DNA of 64,000 nt from Heterodontus francisci (taxonomy: Eukaryota), in the NCBI RefSeq assembly GCF_036365525.1, contig NC_090380.1:82345658-82409657 (forward strand), written 5' to 3'. Position 1 is the first letter of the stretch. Every line of letters starts with the position of its first letter. The notes below the pieces were generated by a model. It did no database searches and was not told the origin of the DNA. It was given only the letters and a program-made list of their open reading frames with translations. Of this stretch, positions 1 through 13,355 are shown piece by piece. Both the position numbers and the translations under genes were made by a program.

Positions 1-270
1 GTAGTTTGTTCAGTTTGCTTACCCACTGTTTTTTTTCATGTTTGTACTTGCTGCTGTTCAATCTTCAGTTCGTTAACACCCTATCTGTACTAATGCTTTG
101 TCTTTTAGCACACCATTAACATATTATTTGCCCTTGCTCCGAAGAAGGGTCACTGACCCGAAACGGTAACTCTGCTTCTCTTTCCACGGATGCTGCCAGA
201 CCTGCTGAGTGGTTCCAGCATTTCTTGTTTTTATTTCAGATTTCCAGCATCCGCAGTATTTTGCTTTTAT
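1..270 (+). mobile_element. Penelope-like element 3' end / pseudo-LTR (runs off window start)
   Basis: Same sequence as the reverse complement of the tail of the GIY-YIG element at 9459-9800, with an internal deletion. Contains CCGAAGAAGGGTCACTGACCCGAAAC and ends in GCAGTATTTTGCTTTT. Confidence 0.85.
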
Positions 271-3200
271 TTTATGTGAAGGTTAGGAATCTTTGTATTC
301 CATGTGTAACACTGCATCCTGGCAAGATTAACTTTCAAACTGCATTCTGTTTACCTGAGAGGAGAAAGCTCACCTTACTCATTGAAAAAAAACAGTTTTA
401 TTCCAAAGAAACTGCAAGAAAAGCTGAAAACAGCATTGTTTGACTTCAATGATAGGAAGTTTATTTATCCCTTTCAAAGAGCCAGCATGAGAACAATGGG
501 GCAAATGGCCTCCTTCTGAGCTATATGATTCCAAGATTCTATTCCCCAGCACTGTGCTCTTTTGTAATTTTTTGTATTATTTGAATTATGTGAATCTTTA
601 TTTTAATGGTAAGTAAATTTGATCAATAGTTTAGTCTCCATCAATGTAATATTTTCCACCATCTGATTGACAGGAGATGTAGTGAGCATCCTGCATGTTC
701 TTCATGTCGGTACTTTGCCATTGTTAGGTTTAATTGTTAAAACTGGTCTTTACTAACTTGGTGAAAGACATAGGTTTTAGTTTGCATGATAGGTGATCTG
801 TTTATAGACAATGCTGTCAAACTGTTTAAACAAGGAAAAGGTCTTGGAAAAGCTCAAACCATAATAGGCTCATATATTGTAGTAGTGTATAATGGCTTAA
901 AACTCTGCATACAGTACACGTATTGACAATGGAAGGTTAAAAGCTTAGTCGCCATCGGTTTTAACTGTGTAGACAATTAGTGAAAAGTGTGTTTCTGGAT
1001 CTGTGGTAGGAAAACTGATTGGTTTTTGATGGGGCCATTGGACTGATCTGTGATAGAGATGGCAGACAGGTCAGTGATTTGGTGATGGACAGATCAGTTG
1101 TGGGGAGTGGAGGGGATGTGGTGCGCCTCACTATGAGTGTAAACATACACTTGATATACGAAAAAAGTGTGCATAAGTTTCTCCTCCATTACTGTTCACA
1201 ATGCAAAACCTTTGAGAACTGCTCCTTTCAATGAAGCAGTTATGGAGATTCTGCTGGGAAGGATTTTGCATTGAACAGTCCCTTTTGGTGCATCCTATGA
1301 AATGTTTGAAGCAACAAGTACAGAACATTCTCCATCATTTATTCATTGAACTACAACCATACAGTGGACTACACCAGCATAATGCAGAATATCTTGCCAT
1401 TATACATCTGTATTTAAAGTGTTGCCTTATTGGCAGCATTGCAATGCATATTCTTGTTTGATCCTATAGGCTCCCATGTCAAGGCAACAGAGGGCAATAC
1501 AAGCCTTAGCCCAACACTCTGCAGTTTTCTGAGTTACTCAGTGGCATGAACCAGCACAGATAAATCTACCTTCGGAGGTTTAATATGTCAGTTGTGAATC
1601 TGGTGATGCATGGAGCAAGAGTGAGGAGGAATTGGAGAAGCTGCAACCTGTTGGCTTGTCCTTCATCTGCAAAGTCCATGGATTTACACTTCACAGGCAG
1701 GTCAATGTAGGTCAACATCAACAGTCATGCAGTCATTTGAAAGTGTTCCAAGCAGCCTACATAGTTTGAGCCTCGCCATGGAGGACCCCAGCTGTGCTAA
1801 CTTTTAAATACCTACAAGGGTCAAGAGAAGAGTTTGGAAAGAGTTCACTTAACATGTGCAATTATGTCACTTTTGGGATCATGACTGACTCACCTCTAAC
1901 TTGTTAACTTGTACATGTGAACCCATGGGAAGATAATAATGATCAATACAAAGCTAAACATGGAACAGTAAAATGGGCAGGGTCCCTCACTCCAGAAAGA
2001 TGTTCTAAGATATAACTATATCTTTGTTTTGAATGAATGTGTTTATTGAATTAGATTGTAGGAATTATGATGCTGATAATTTTAACATTAATGCTGAACT
2101 GCATGACTAGAATATATACTTCAATGCATTCAGTTGTATAAAGTTTGAAATGGAAACAGTTTTGCAAGTTCAGCTTTCTTTTCTCTCATTCAGCTTTATA
2201 ATTAATGGTGATTTGATTATTAATTGATATATTGAATTGACTGCAGACCAGCAAAAAATGAGGGTAAAGAAGGAACCCCAGGTAAAGCACTTTTTGCAAG
2301 CGAGGAAAAGCAATTGGAACGGGCAAGAGAGGATAAAGACAGATCCGGACTGAATCTGAGTTCATGCCACTTCTCCAATGCAAGCTGAAGGGATTAGTGT
2401 CCTGTAGGGCCTGCTGGCAAATGCAAATTGATGCTTCATCCTGGCCTCAGAGTCTCCCATGAGTAGCCAACAGAAATTGTATGAGAATGTGCTACAAAGC
2501 ACCTGAGATACAATTGGAGTCATTGACAGCAATGCAGAGTATGAGAGGCATTTTCACAGCCATCTGCGAGGGAGCCCAAAGCAGTAAGAGAGCAGTCAAA
2601 GCTCTTTCATAAATGTTGTGACTGGTGCCATGAAAATCTTACGTATCCATTTGTACAATGTACTGTCAGTCACTGCTAGATTGGGAAGATCAGGAAATCA
2701 TTTGTAAAGAACAGGCTTCACCCAAATTGGAGACAAATCACATAACTTATCTCATGCAACTACCAGGCCTTCAGCTCGGGACCCTGCACCAATGGTGTGG
2801 CTGTAGAAGCATTTGGCAAGGAGGCTTCCTGTCAAGGTAGGCCCACATGCTGTCACTCTAACTAGGCCCTTTAAAGGGTTGAGCAAATGCCTGAAAGTGG
2901 TCCGATTTTGGCAGCCACGGCATTGTCATACAATGGCTCCAAAGTTATAGGGACATCTGGTTTTCCTGCACCCAGATGATCATGGCCATAACCATCCAAG
3001 ATGGCTTGCGACCTCCCACCTCTGCCTACCAACACAGTTACTCCTCTCACTTGGGCAACACTTCATCGCAGTATAAAATTAAGAAATAGATTGAGTACAT
3101 CTTGCCCAGTTATGAAGAGGGAGCATAAGTTTAAGGAATAGATAATTTCACCATTGCAGAGACTTTGAAATAATTCATATAATTTTATATTCCGCTCTTT

Positions 3201-4796
3201 ATGCTGTCTCAGTGTTTGGTGGAGAAAAGCTTTACTGCCTAGTACCATAGGCAGCATGCCAGGTTTGCATGAATACTAAGAATGTGGATCCCAAAATTCA
3301 TTGGGTCATGATCCCAGCAGTTGCTTCATGCTCTCTCACTGACCCTGTTGGCATTTGACAGGTTAGTTGGATGGCACCTCATTACCATGGGACAGGCAAG
3401 TACCACTTTGCATGCATCAGTGGCACCCACTTGGCATTGAAGAGGTGCTTGCTCAGGCTATTCCCTTTCCCTAAGCCTGGTGGTGGACCCCCCTCGGTCC
3501 CTGAGCAAGGCTAGGCTCACACATGAAGAATGGTAACTTGATCAAGGTCTAGGGAACTGTTGGCATTTGTGAAACTTTATCTGCAAGAATTGTCACTTTT
3601 GTGAGGGAGGAAATCAGAGGGAAACTTGGAGAGCAATTAAAATAAGATAATTGCGCTATACTGTTCTTGAGGATCCAATGATAGTAAGAATGTGTAAGAT
3701 ATAAATTAGTATAAAATGTTGTTTTAAAAATGCAAGGGTTTTAAAACACATGGCAGACATTGAATAATTTGATATGCAACGAATATAACAGAGAGGTGAA
3801 ATTTACTAGTTGTTAAAAATTAATAATCAATAATCCAGTGAGGCAGTTACTTGAAAATACCCAAAACTTTCTGTATGACCTTTAAGAACAGTAAATGAAA
3901 ATTAGCAGTGAAAACATTTTGGTGCATAGAGTTTCCGGCATAATCAGCAGCGGTCAAATAGACACAATTAAACACTAACCAGAATGGTGGTGACCTTTCA
4001 GCTTATCCACAATTCTAATTAAAGTAATTCTTCTTTCAAACCCTTCATAAACAAATAAAGCATTACGCTAGGCTGCCTGTTTGAAGATGTCATGCCATCA
4101 TTAAACAGAAAGGTCATGAGATTATATATGTATGAAACTAAAAATGCTAAATTAAATACAAACAAAATGACATAAATCTTATATTTGACCAATAACTGCA
4201 TCAACATTTTTATTTCCAGAAAGTATTTTCCTTAAAGGACAAAATACGAGGTTTGAAATGTTTTCCCTGTGCGTGACACACAATAAAATCATTCAGTGTA
4301 CAAAAATATCTTACATAATGCCATTAAAGACCAACTTCACTTAAAGTGAAATAGCTAGTATTAATAGCGGTGAAAGAGCGATGTTACATTCCTTTTCTCA
4401 CTCATTTTCTTCCCTGCCACTTAATGCAGTTTACTGTTTGTTGGGATATGATTTCTGTCATCACCCATAGGGATTTTGCTTATTCATGAAATTAAGTGCT
4501 GGCAAGCTACATGGCTGTAGTAATTATCATAGGAGCTGAATTCTGCTCTCAGCCAACATTTCCTTGTACATTTTTTGCAGGGCTTACTGGATAACAATCA
4601 GGAGCAGGAGCTCTGGTTCATTTTCCTCTTCCTAACCTTGAGTTACTGAGGCAATTGTAATGCTCCAATTACCACCTAAGGTCATCTGGCACAATACAGG
4701 CTGGGGAATCAAATCTTCTAATGTCCTAGTCAGCTGCTGATTTGAATATCCCACTGAGCCTTCATGGGAAGATGCAATATTGTTAAAACAATGTAA

Positions 4797-4900
4797 CATT
4801 TCCCACATTACAACAGTGACTACACTTCAAAATTGTAAGGTGCTTTGGGACATCCTGAGGTCATGAAAAGAGCTATATAAATGCAAGTCATTCTTTTCTT
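4797..4900 (+). mobile_element. Old SINE 3' tail (Deu-domain/L2-tailed type)
   Basis: CATTACAACAGTGACTACACTTCAAAA...GTGCTTTGGGACATCCTGAGG...CTATATAAATGCAAG. An inverted relative lies at about 41165-41235. Confidence 0.55.
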
Positions 4901-5149
4901 TTTAATAATGTTCATTGTAAAGATAGTGCAGCATATTCATGTTTCACTTATGGCTACTGATTGTCCAGATATTTTTTCTAAAAAAAAGCCATATAATTTA
5001 GAACATTTGTGGTGCAATGACCCAGTTAAACCAGACAAAAACTGATACCAATCTCATTAGAACTCGTCTGAGAGTGATAATGCAGGAAAAGCAAAGTGGT
5101 TATTGAATATGAGTTACACCAAGCTTACTCCCTCAAATCCCACAAGCAA

Positions 5150-5575
5150 TAACCACAGCATTTATAGAGCACCCTTAACATAGAAAAATGTCCCAAGGTG
5201 CGATTGTCAAACATTATTTGACATCGAGCCATATAAGGAGATAGTAGGATAAATGAAAAAAAGCTTGGTCAAAGAGATAGGTTTTAGTGACCACCTTAAA
5301 GGAGAAGACAGAGGTTAAGAGACGGAGGTGTTTAGCTAAGGAATTCCAGAGCTTAAGGCTTAGGCAGCTGAAGGTACAGCTGCAATGATGGAACAAATAA
5401 AGTTAGGAATGAGCAAAAGGCCAGAATTGGATGAGTGCAGAGATCTCATAGGATTGTGGGGCAGGAAGAGATTACAGTGATAAGGAAGGATGAAGTTGTG
5501 GACAGATTTAAAAACAAGACTGAGAATTTTAAAATTGAAGTGTTGCTAGACCAGGAGTTAATATAAGTCAGTTAG
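5150..5575 (-). mobile_element. L2-type LINE 3' end, degenerate
   Basis: ORF 5214-5396 reads FSCLSLKLWNSLAKHLRLLTSVFSFKVVTKTYLFDQAF, the typical L2 ORF2 C-terminal motif (LWNSLP..LR...SFK..LKTYLF). Confidence 0.7.
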
Positions 5576-5808
5576 CATGCCCCATCCTAAGTTCTGTGAT
5601 CTTAGTTTCCTAGTTTCCTAACCATAACTCTCCACAATTTTGTTTTGAACAATTTGATCCCAGGATGTGGGTGACACTGGCAAGGCCACATTTATTGATC
5701 AGCCCTAGCTGCACTGAGAAGGTGATGGTGGGCCTTCTCCGTGAACCACTGCAGTCATCGTAGTGATGGTGTTAGCTAAGGAATTTCAGGAACAATGAAG
5801 GAATGATG

Positions 5809-5830
5809 ATATATATATATATATATATAT
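5809..5830. repeat. (AT)11 microsatellite inside a LINE 3'-end remnant (about 5655-5870)
   Basis: Direct reading. The flanks resemble the LINE tail at 49958-50200. Confidence 0.9.
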
Positions 5831-6423
5831 CCGAGTCAGGATGGCATGTGTCTTGGAGGGGAACTTGGATTCCACTTCAGGTTTTGTTGGGAATAAATGT
5901 CATTATGTGGAGCCAAAGTATTATGAATTTAACATAAACTGATTCTCACATATCCTTTTTCAGTGAAAGAATTCAACCCCAATTTTTCACTACACATATG
6001 CAATTTGAAACCATGGAACATGATTGCTCTACGAATGGAACTGTAAAAGCTTTAATTTCTCTCCTTTCTGATTTTGATGTCACTTTAAAGCTACCAGTTT
6101 TCAGGCTGTATAAAATAAACCTAGAGTCTCAGTATTTAATCTGGCAGAAGTTTGCTCATACTATATGAGGTGGTGGTTCATCTGTTGTGGTTGCCTAAGT
6201 CATCAATGCTTCTTTTTAATTCCATGCACCCACTATTGTCCCTATGGGTTTGCCCACCATCATCACCTTAGCAAATAAAAATGATTTAGAAGATGACTAC
6301 AAATGTAATTTTGTTTTGCTGCTTGGTTAAGGTATTGTGAATTTTGCTTGATTATCTTTGGTGTCAAGGAGAAATTTTGCAGAACTTTTCCTCAGTAATG
6401 ATTTAAACAAGGCAGACTTATCA

Positions 6424-7820
6424 GGGGAGATCTTGGGCACTGTATCACCTGTTATTTAGGCAATAATCAGTCTCTTAACGGTCGAAAATCAGGATCTTGA
6501 TGTACATGCACACATCAGACAGAAAATGCGCTGGCTGCCATCTTGGTACAGAAGTTTGTGCACTCACACCAGTGACTCTAGCGGCACGCAGAGTAGGCAG
6601 ATCATGATGTTAATCAGTGCGCAACACTGAATTGATGCCAGCATTGCCATTTTCGAATGCCACGCAACAGCCAAGGCCTGTCTTAACCTCCCCACAGTCA
6701 AACACACATTCAATGGCATGAAGCAACCCCCCCCCCCTCTCCCCCCAAACTCACTGGTGCTATTTAAAGGCATCATTAGCTACTTGTAGGTTGGTTGTTG
6801 GATATTTCTTTTGGTTGCTGGTGCAATTCTACCCATTTTTGGAGCTTTCCTATACTTGTCTAAAGTTTTAATAGTTGACAGGAAGTGGTCTGGCTGCTGC
6901 TGAAGTACTTTTTGGTGGATTAAAGGATTGCACTGAAACAAGTTGCTTACAGACATGGTGGCCTGGTAAGCCTTTCCCTTGGAATAGAGCATGACTTAGA
7001 GAATGAACAGAGGCCATGCAAAGCAAGACAAGATGATCAAAGAGGAAGGAGGAGGATTGGGGGGAAGGGTTCTCAGCTGAAGGCCATATACACCCAATGT
7101 GTTCAGGGAGCAATTTTCTTACCTGAACTTCAGTGAGGAACAATGCATGTGACGTCTTCACATCACTAATAAGGTCGTGACTGAAATCTTTCAACTGTTG
7201 CTGCTATAACTGCAATTTTAAAGCAAGAACCGCATTGCTAGCGGCTGTGAAGGTGACCAGGCTGCTGATGGAGATATAGCAACTTCTTACAGTTTGCAGT
7301 ACACACTATATAAGCCAGATGACTAAGACTCTCGATACAGAGAAAGTTTAATTTCATTTCCTCTTGTCAGAGACAGGGAAATGGAGTGAGCATGAGAATG
7401 AGGAAAATGAGGAGTAAAAGGAACTATAAGTGAAGCAAGAGCAACAGGAAATGGAGGAAAAGGAAGAGGAGGATGCAACATAAGTAGCCCCTTTCTGCCC
7501 AAACTCTAAAGTGATCAACTAATTCATGAGCGATACCAGTAACCTCAACCACATCTCCCAATTCACCAACAATCTCATGCTCTTTACTTTTTCTCTATCA
7601 CTGACCGTCACATCACCCTCTTTCTAACAACACAAATATTAAAAAGCACCAGAAAATGCACATTCCAATCCAAATGCATAAATTAATCATGACATAATGT
7701 ATACAAAAATAAACTAATCATCTTTGTGCATTCTCTTAATGCCTCTTACATTTGCCTTTGCCTCTCCTAGTTCTCAAATGAAGTACTTCGCTAGTGATTA
7801 TAGCATGAATGATTGAAAGC
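6424..7820 (+). mobile_element. Degenerate PIF/Harbinger transposon arm with HARBI1-like transposase relic (about 6950-7320)
   Basis: Interrupted translation RVLS*RPYTPNVFREQFSYLNFSEEQCM*RLHITNKVVTEIFQLL...LLAAVKVT matches the N-terminus of Harbinger DDE transposases and the relic at 14330-14700. Confidence 0.7.
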
Positions 7821-7834
7821 TGCTGACTTACATA

Positions 7835-8470
7835 CGACCATACAGACACATGAATGGCGGAGCAGGAGTAGGCCACTCGACCCCTCGAGCCTGCTCTGCC
7901 ATTCGATAAGTTCATGGCTGAACTGATTACTCCACATTTCCACCTACCCCTGATAACCTTTCACCCCTTTGCTTATCAAGAATCTATCTACCTCTGTCTT
8001 AAAAATATTCAAAGACTCTGCTTCCACCGCCTTTTGAGGAAGAGAATTCCAAAGACTCACAACCCTCTGAGAGAAAAAAATTTCTCCTCATCTCTGTCTT
8101 AAATGGGCGACCCCTTATTTTTAAACAGTGACCCCTAGTTCAAGATTCTCTCACAAGGGGAAACATCCTTTCCACATCCACCCTGTCAAGACCCCTCAGG
8201 ATCTTATATGTTTCAATCAAGTTGCCTCTTACTCTTCTAAATTCCAGTGGATACAAGCCTAGCCTGTCCAATCTTTCCTCGTAAGACAGGCCACCCATTC
8301 CAGGTATTAGTTTGGTAAACCTTCTCTGTACTGCCTCCAATGCATTTACATCCTTCCTTAAATAAGGAGACCAGTACTGTACACAGTACTGCAGATGTGG
8401 TCTCACCAATGCTCTGTATAGCTGAAGCATAACCTCCCTACTTTTGTATTCAATTCCCCTCACGATAAAC
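7835..8470 (-). mobile_element. CR1 LINE 3' fragment
   Basis: ORF 8140-8463 RGIEYKSREVMLQLYRALVRPHLQYCVQYWSPYLRKD is the canonical CR1 ORF2 C-terminus, followed by a CR1 3' UTR. Confidence 0.95.
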
Positions 8471-9050
8471 GAGGAGGAGGAGATTGCAAATGGCCTTGGA
8501 GGGTGACCTTGGCCTGGAAGGCCTGACTTCAGACTTCATCGCCTCAGCCTGGATTGCAGCAGTCTGGCTGGCTGACGGCAACAGAAGGAGCACTGGTGGA
8601 GTGGCAGGGGTGGGAGCATGAATGCTGTCATCCTGAGAGACAATAACAGGTTCATACTCCATGGAGCCACTGCCACTCTCCTGGAACGGTGCCTCAACAA
8701 TCCTAATAATCTGCTGAAGGAGAGCTTGATGGACTGCTGTGACACCTTGAAAGTCCCTTTACACAATGGTACCCAGAGCCACAGGTGTGCTGATGGAGGT
8801 GACTATCTGTTCCATGCTGGAAAGGATGGGCTCCAAGCTCTTCATAAAGCCCCATGCAAAGTTGGTGCTGGATTCCTCCATGATTATTGAATGCAGCCTT
8901 TCTAGCAGATTTTCCACTGCTCCAAGCATTTGGATGTGTACACCCCTTATCCTTCTTCTGTAGCCTGATCTATTGAAGTCCTCTTCTAAGTCTTCTACAG
9001 CAGAATCCGTGTGCGACCTTGTCCTCCAGAGAGCTAAGCTTTGCCCCCTG
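8471..9050 (-). pseudogene. C-terminal relic of a Harbinger Myb/SANT accessory gene
   Basis: EEDFNRSGYRRRIRGVHIQMLGAVENL...MEESSTNF...LEPILSSMEQIVTSI. Same strand as the spliced Myb/SANT exons at 11470-12250 and convergent with the transposase relic at 6950. Confidence 0.5.
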
Positions 9051-9525
9051 CAGAACAGTAACGGCTCTGCTAAAAGAATTAATGCTGACACATGACCAAA
9101 CTAATCATCTTTCCCTGAGAAAAGCTGTGGACAGTGCTGAACTTCTTGTTTTCAGTCTTTCAAAATTAAACTTGCTGAGCTGTGGTAGATTAGTGAAACC
9201 AGACAATGCTATCAGGGAGGAACAAAGCCTTGTCATTCAGAGAAGGGACATCTGTATTTGAAATGAGTGTGCATACCTTGTAGGTTCTGCAAAAATAAGC
9301 TGCAAACAACCTTATCTGGAATGTGCCAGCTCAAAGTTTGAGACTTGCATAAGCTATCCAACCAATCCATAACCCTAACTGTTGCAGCAGTCTTCACATG
9401 ATGGAAATTACTGAAGAAAGTATAAGAAAGAGGGGCAGTGTCAGGATGGCTTTTAATTGAAAACAAAAACAAGAAATGCTGGAATCACTCAGCAGGTCTG
9501 GCAGCATCTGTGGAAAGAGAAGCAG

Positions 9526-9562
9526 AGTTAACGTTTCGGGTCAGTGACCCTTCTTCAGAACT
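9526..9562 (-). ncRNA. Minimal hammerhead ribozyme motif in the Penelope pseudo-LTR
   Basis: Minus strand reads AGTT-CTGAAGA-A-GGGTC(ACT)GACCC-GAAA-CGTT-AACT: stem I AGTT/AACT, CUGANGA and GAAA core boxes, 5-bp stem II, palindromic ACGT stem III, GUU cleavage triplet. Confidence 0.8.
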
Positions 9563-9942
9563 GACAAATATTAGAAAAGTCACGGATTATAAACAAGTGA
9601 GGTGGGGGTTGGGCAAGAGATAACAAAGGAGAAGGTGCAGATTGGACCAGGCCACATAGCTGACCAAAAGGTCACGGAGCAAAGGCAAACAATATGTTAA
9701 TGGTGTGTTGAAAGACAAAGCATTAGTACAGATTAGGTGTGAATATACTGAATATTGAACAGCAGCAAGTGCAAACCTGAAGAAAAACAACCTGAAAAAA
9801 ACAGTGGGTAAGCAAACTGAACAAACTAAGATGAAATGAAATAAATGCAAAAAAAGATTGTAAAAAATGTAAAAAGGAAAGTAAAAAAAAGGAAGAAAAA
9901 ATAACTAAAAATGACTAAAAATGAAAGTAAAGTGGGGGGCTG

Positions 9943-10948
9943 TCATGCTCTGAAATTATTGAACTCAATGTTCAGTCCGGCAGGCTGTAGTGTGCCTAAT
10001 AGGTAGATGAGATGCTGTTCCTCGAGCTTGCGTTGATGTTCACTGGAACACTGCAGCAATCCCATGACAGAGATGTGAGCATGAGAGCAGGGGGGAGTGT
10101 TGAAATGGCAAGCAACCGGAAGCTCAGGGTCCTGCTTGCGGACTGAGCGGAGATGTTCCGCAAAGCGGTCACCCAGTCTGCGCTTGGTCTCCCCAATGTA
10201 GAGGAGACCACACTGTGAGCAGCGAATACAGTATACTACATTGAAAGAAGTACAAGTAAATCGCTGCTTCACCTGAAAGGAGTGTTTGGGGCCTGGGATA
10301 GTGAGGAGAGAGGAGGTAAATGGGCAGGTATTACACCTCCTGCGATTGCAAGGGAAGGTGCCCTGGGACGGGGACGAGGTGGTGGGGGTAATGGAGGAGT
10401 GGACCAGGGTGTCGCGGAGGGAACGATCCCTTCGGAATGCTGACAGGGGAAGGGAGGGGAAGATGCGACTGGTAGTGGCATCACGCTGGAGGTGGCAAAA
10501 ATGGCGGAGGATGATCCTTTGGATATGGAAGCTGGTGGGATGAAAAGTGAGGACAAGGGGAACCCTGTCACGGTTCTGGGAGGGAGGGGAAGGGGTGAGG
10601 GTAGAGGTGCGGGGAATGGGTCGGACACGGTTGAGGGCCCTGTCAACCACAGTGGGGGGAAATCCTCGGTTGAGGAAAAAGGAGGTCATATCAGAAGCAC
10701 CGTCATGGAAGGTAGCATCATCAGAGCAGATGCGTCGGAGACGGAGAAACTGGGAGAATGGAATGGAGTCCTTACAGGAGGTAGGGTGTGAAGAAGTGTA
10801 GTCGAGGTAGCTGTGGGAGTCAGTGGGCTTATAATGGATATTGGTAGACAACCTATCCCCAGAGATGGAGACAGAGAAGTCGAGGAAGGGAAGGGAAGTG
10901 TCAGAGATGGACCATGTAAAGGTGAGAGAAGGGTGGAAATTGGAAGCA
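9943..10948 (-). CDS. Penelope ORF, partial: RT C-terminus/thumb, Cys-rich linker, GIY-YIG endonuclease
   Basis: LPFLDFSV..., IHYKPTDSHSYLDYTSSHP, CNRRRCNTC, NVVYCIRCSQCGLLYIGETKRRLGDRFAEH, RKLEEQHLI...QPAGLN. The frame stays open beyond the listed start to the truncation point. Confidence 0.93.
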
Positions 10949-11469
10949 GGCTTTTAATTCCATGGGTCAATCAAAGAATTCAGTATTTCATTAGACATTT
11001 TGGCTTCAGACAAATGCCAATTGGACCATAAGTCTGTCAGTATGATACCGTGTCCCTCCTTAAAATAAAGGTATAAAAGAAACACTTAAAGAAACTTGTG
11101 ACTGAAGGGAAGAGTGGCCTTGTCAGTCACTAGGAAGACTGCAGTCGCCATGAAGTTGACCATTTATGGGTGATTGTATGTATTTCACTTGCTTCATGTT
11201 TTGAGCAATTTATTGTAAGTGTTAAATAGCCCATAATACAGTATTAGAAGAGTAGAAGTCGTGTGCTTGATATCCAAATTAATCTAATAAAGTTTGATAT
11301 CTAACTGAATTTTTGAGAGTATTCCATTATTTTCATAATTCTCATGTCGAAGCCAGAAATAATAGACTCAAGTCTTACACCCCACCCTGGCCCCTGCTCA
11401 CTTTGTCTGGTGTCTCACCATGTGTAGGTCCCTCCTGTAATCCTACCCTCTAAAATATAAACAATAATG

Positions 11470-12250
11470 TGGGCTTGTGGTTGCAAGTGTCAGATCAAGT
11501 GATGTTGTCTCTTTAGCTTCACTGTTTCTGCTTTTTCCTCCTCTGCCTGGGAGTATTTCAGTTCTTGGGTATCTGAAATAAAAAAGGGACAAGGATAGGG
11601 TTGTGGTGAGGGGAGAGGAGACAGTAAAAAATGTATGCTTGCACCCTCTGCAGCCTCTCACTCAGAAGAGATTGAGGGCTGAGGAGAGGCAGGACAAGAG
11701 AAGGCATATTGGGTATGCAAATATCCTCATTCTCAATGGCTTCATTGCTGCCAGTGGCAATGGCCACAGCAATGTCAATGATGGCCAGCACCGTCTCCTG
11801 CAATGGTTGTTAAAACACTTGTTTTCTTCCAGTTCTTTGCTACATCCAACTTCTGCAAGGAAGAGGGAAGTGTGTCAGTAATTGTCGTGCAATATGTTTG
11901 GGTGATATGGCTGACATGGTTGAATAGTTGCCAGTGTGTGCGAGCTGTGAGTTGTGGGTGTAAGGCTTGTATGTATGAATGAAGGGTTGAGTACTGATTG
12001 ATGGAGATTGTTGGTATGTGAGTGATGGGAGTGTAGTGAATTGAGAAGTGCATGAGGCTACTTGTGCAGTTGGTAGGATATGTCATTTAAAGATGAAGTC
12101 ACTCACCTTGACAACTCAAGTCAGATTGTTAAAATTCTTCCTTCATGGCATCCATGTTCAAAAAGCAATCCTGGCATTGACATCCTCTGCTATTTCTTCC
12201 CACTGCCTCCTGAGCATATGCCTGGAGGGCACTCTTATGACCTCAGTCAT
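11470..12250 (-). pseudogene. Intron-containing Harbinger Myb/SANT (MSANTD-like) gene relic, parts of 3 exons
   Basis: Exon 1 PSRHMLRRQWEEIAEDVNAR..TWMP*RKNFNNLT*VVK then GTGAGT (about 12105). Exon 2 after TTGCAG includes LQETVLAII. Exon 3 follows TTTTATTTCAG (about 11575). Confidence 0.7.
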
Positions 12251-12587
12251 CTTTATCTGACCTTAACATCATGTCTATTACCAAATGAATACATTGTATT
12301 TGGGCGTCTGGGGTTGTTAGACACTGGGCAGTACAGGTAAGCACATTCAAAGGGCCAAAAATATATTTTTACAGTTTTGGGGTCATTTATGTTCCACTTT
12401 TGTAGTTAGTCATTTTAATTCCTAGTATTAGGTTCTCATTAGCTTTTCTGTCATTTGGTTTTTGTGTCTGCAGCACAGTTCTTGCCATCAATGAATTTCT
12501 CAATGGCAATCTCTTTATGTGATGGATGAGGGAAAAAAGCATGACCGACAATGGGATGCAAAATAGGTTGAGGTGCATGAGGTTCTC

Positions 12588-13200
12588 TGGGACTAAACTG
12601 GATAACCCCCGTAAACGGGTGGGGGTAATCATGATGTGCGATTAATCCACGCCCACTGATTACAATGGAGGCAACATGCTAACTTTGTGCTGCCTGTTCA
12701 TTTGAATGACCTCTGCATTGAGCCAGCGCTAACCTCGCTGTTCATTGGCTGGACACATAAGCAGGGGCCAATATCTTTAGTGGGTAGCACCACTTAAAGT
12801 TAGTTTGCATTGCTTAAAGCTAGCAAACACCTCTTAAAGGGAAGGTGCATTGCGACTGGAACAAGCGCTGGGAGTCAAGATTGAAGAGAATCTGACCTAA
12901 GAAATGTTGAAGCATTACAGAACAGGGGAGAGAGTGGGCTTCAAGGTTTTTGGATGCTGTACTGCAAGCCTTGAGGTAGGAGGTGGAAAGGAGGAGAGAT
13001 AGCCAGTAGCTGCAGGAGGCATGGAGGCCCTCCAGACACACAGTCAAAAGGCATTGGAAGCAGATAACCATGGAGATCATTGCCAGGAGTCAAGGACTTG
13101 GATACAGTGCTGCAAGAAGTATAAGGATCTCGCACAAATGGTTGATGTCAGTGAATACATCTTCAATTGCCATATCCCACCAATTGCGCCACTAGACTCT
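12588..13200 (+). mobile_element. Harbinger end with Myb/SANT exon-1 relic (about 12905-13147)
   Basis: RFLDAVLQALR*EVERRRD...RPSRHTVKRHWKQITMEIIARS..RTWIQCCKKYKDLAQMVD followed by GTCAGT. Confidence 0.7.
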
Positions 13201-13355
13201 CTTACAGGACAAGGTGGACACTCCCCTGGGGCGGCACCTCAACAATTCTAGTAATGCGAGTTTGTGCAGCATCTGGCAGACCACCACAAATTTTGACACC
13301 CACTCTGCTGGGTACTGCAGGGCTTCTCCAGATCACTCCAGACAGTGGAAATGTT

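Larger units (their letters stand above)
9459..10948 (-). mobile_element. Young 5'-truncated Penelope-like retroelement with 11-bp TSD
   Basis: TSD GGCTTTTAATT at 9448-9458 and 10949-10959. Uninterrupted ORF end followed by a pseudo-LTR tail. Confidence 0.95.

Noticed and set aside
961-4207. Short ORFs in the first 4 kb
   Set aside because: No recognisable motifs or consistent splice structure. Compatible with random ORFs in old intergenic or intronic DNA.
10269-10970. Multiple overlapping 85-125 aa ORFs on both strands
   Set aside because: Shadow frames of the GC-rich Penelope ORF.
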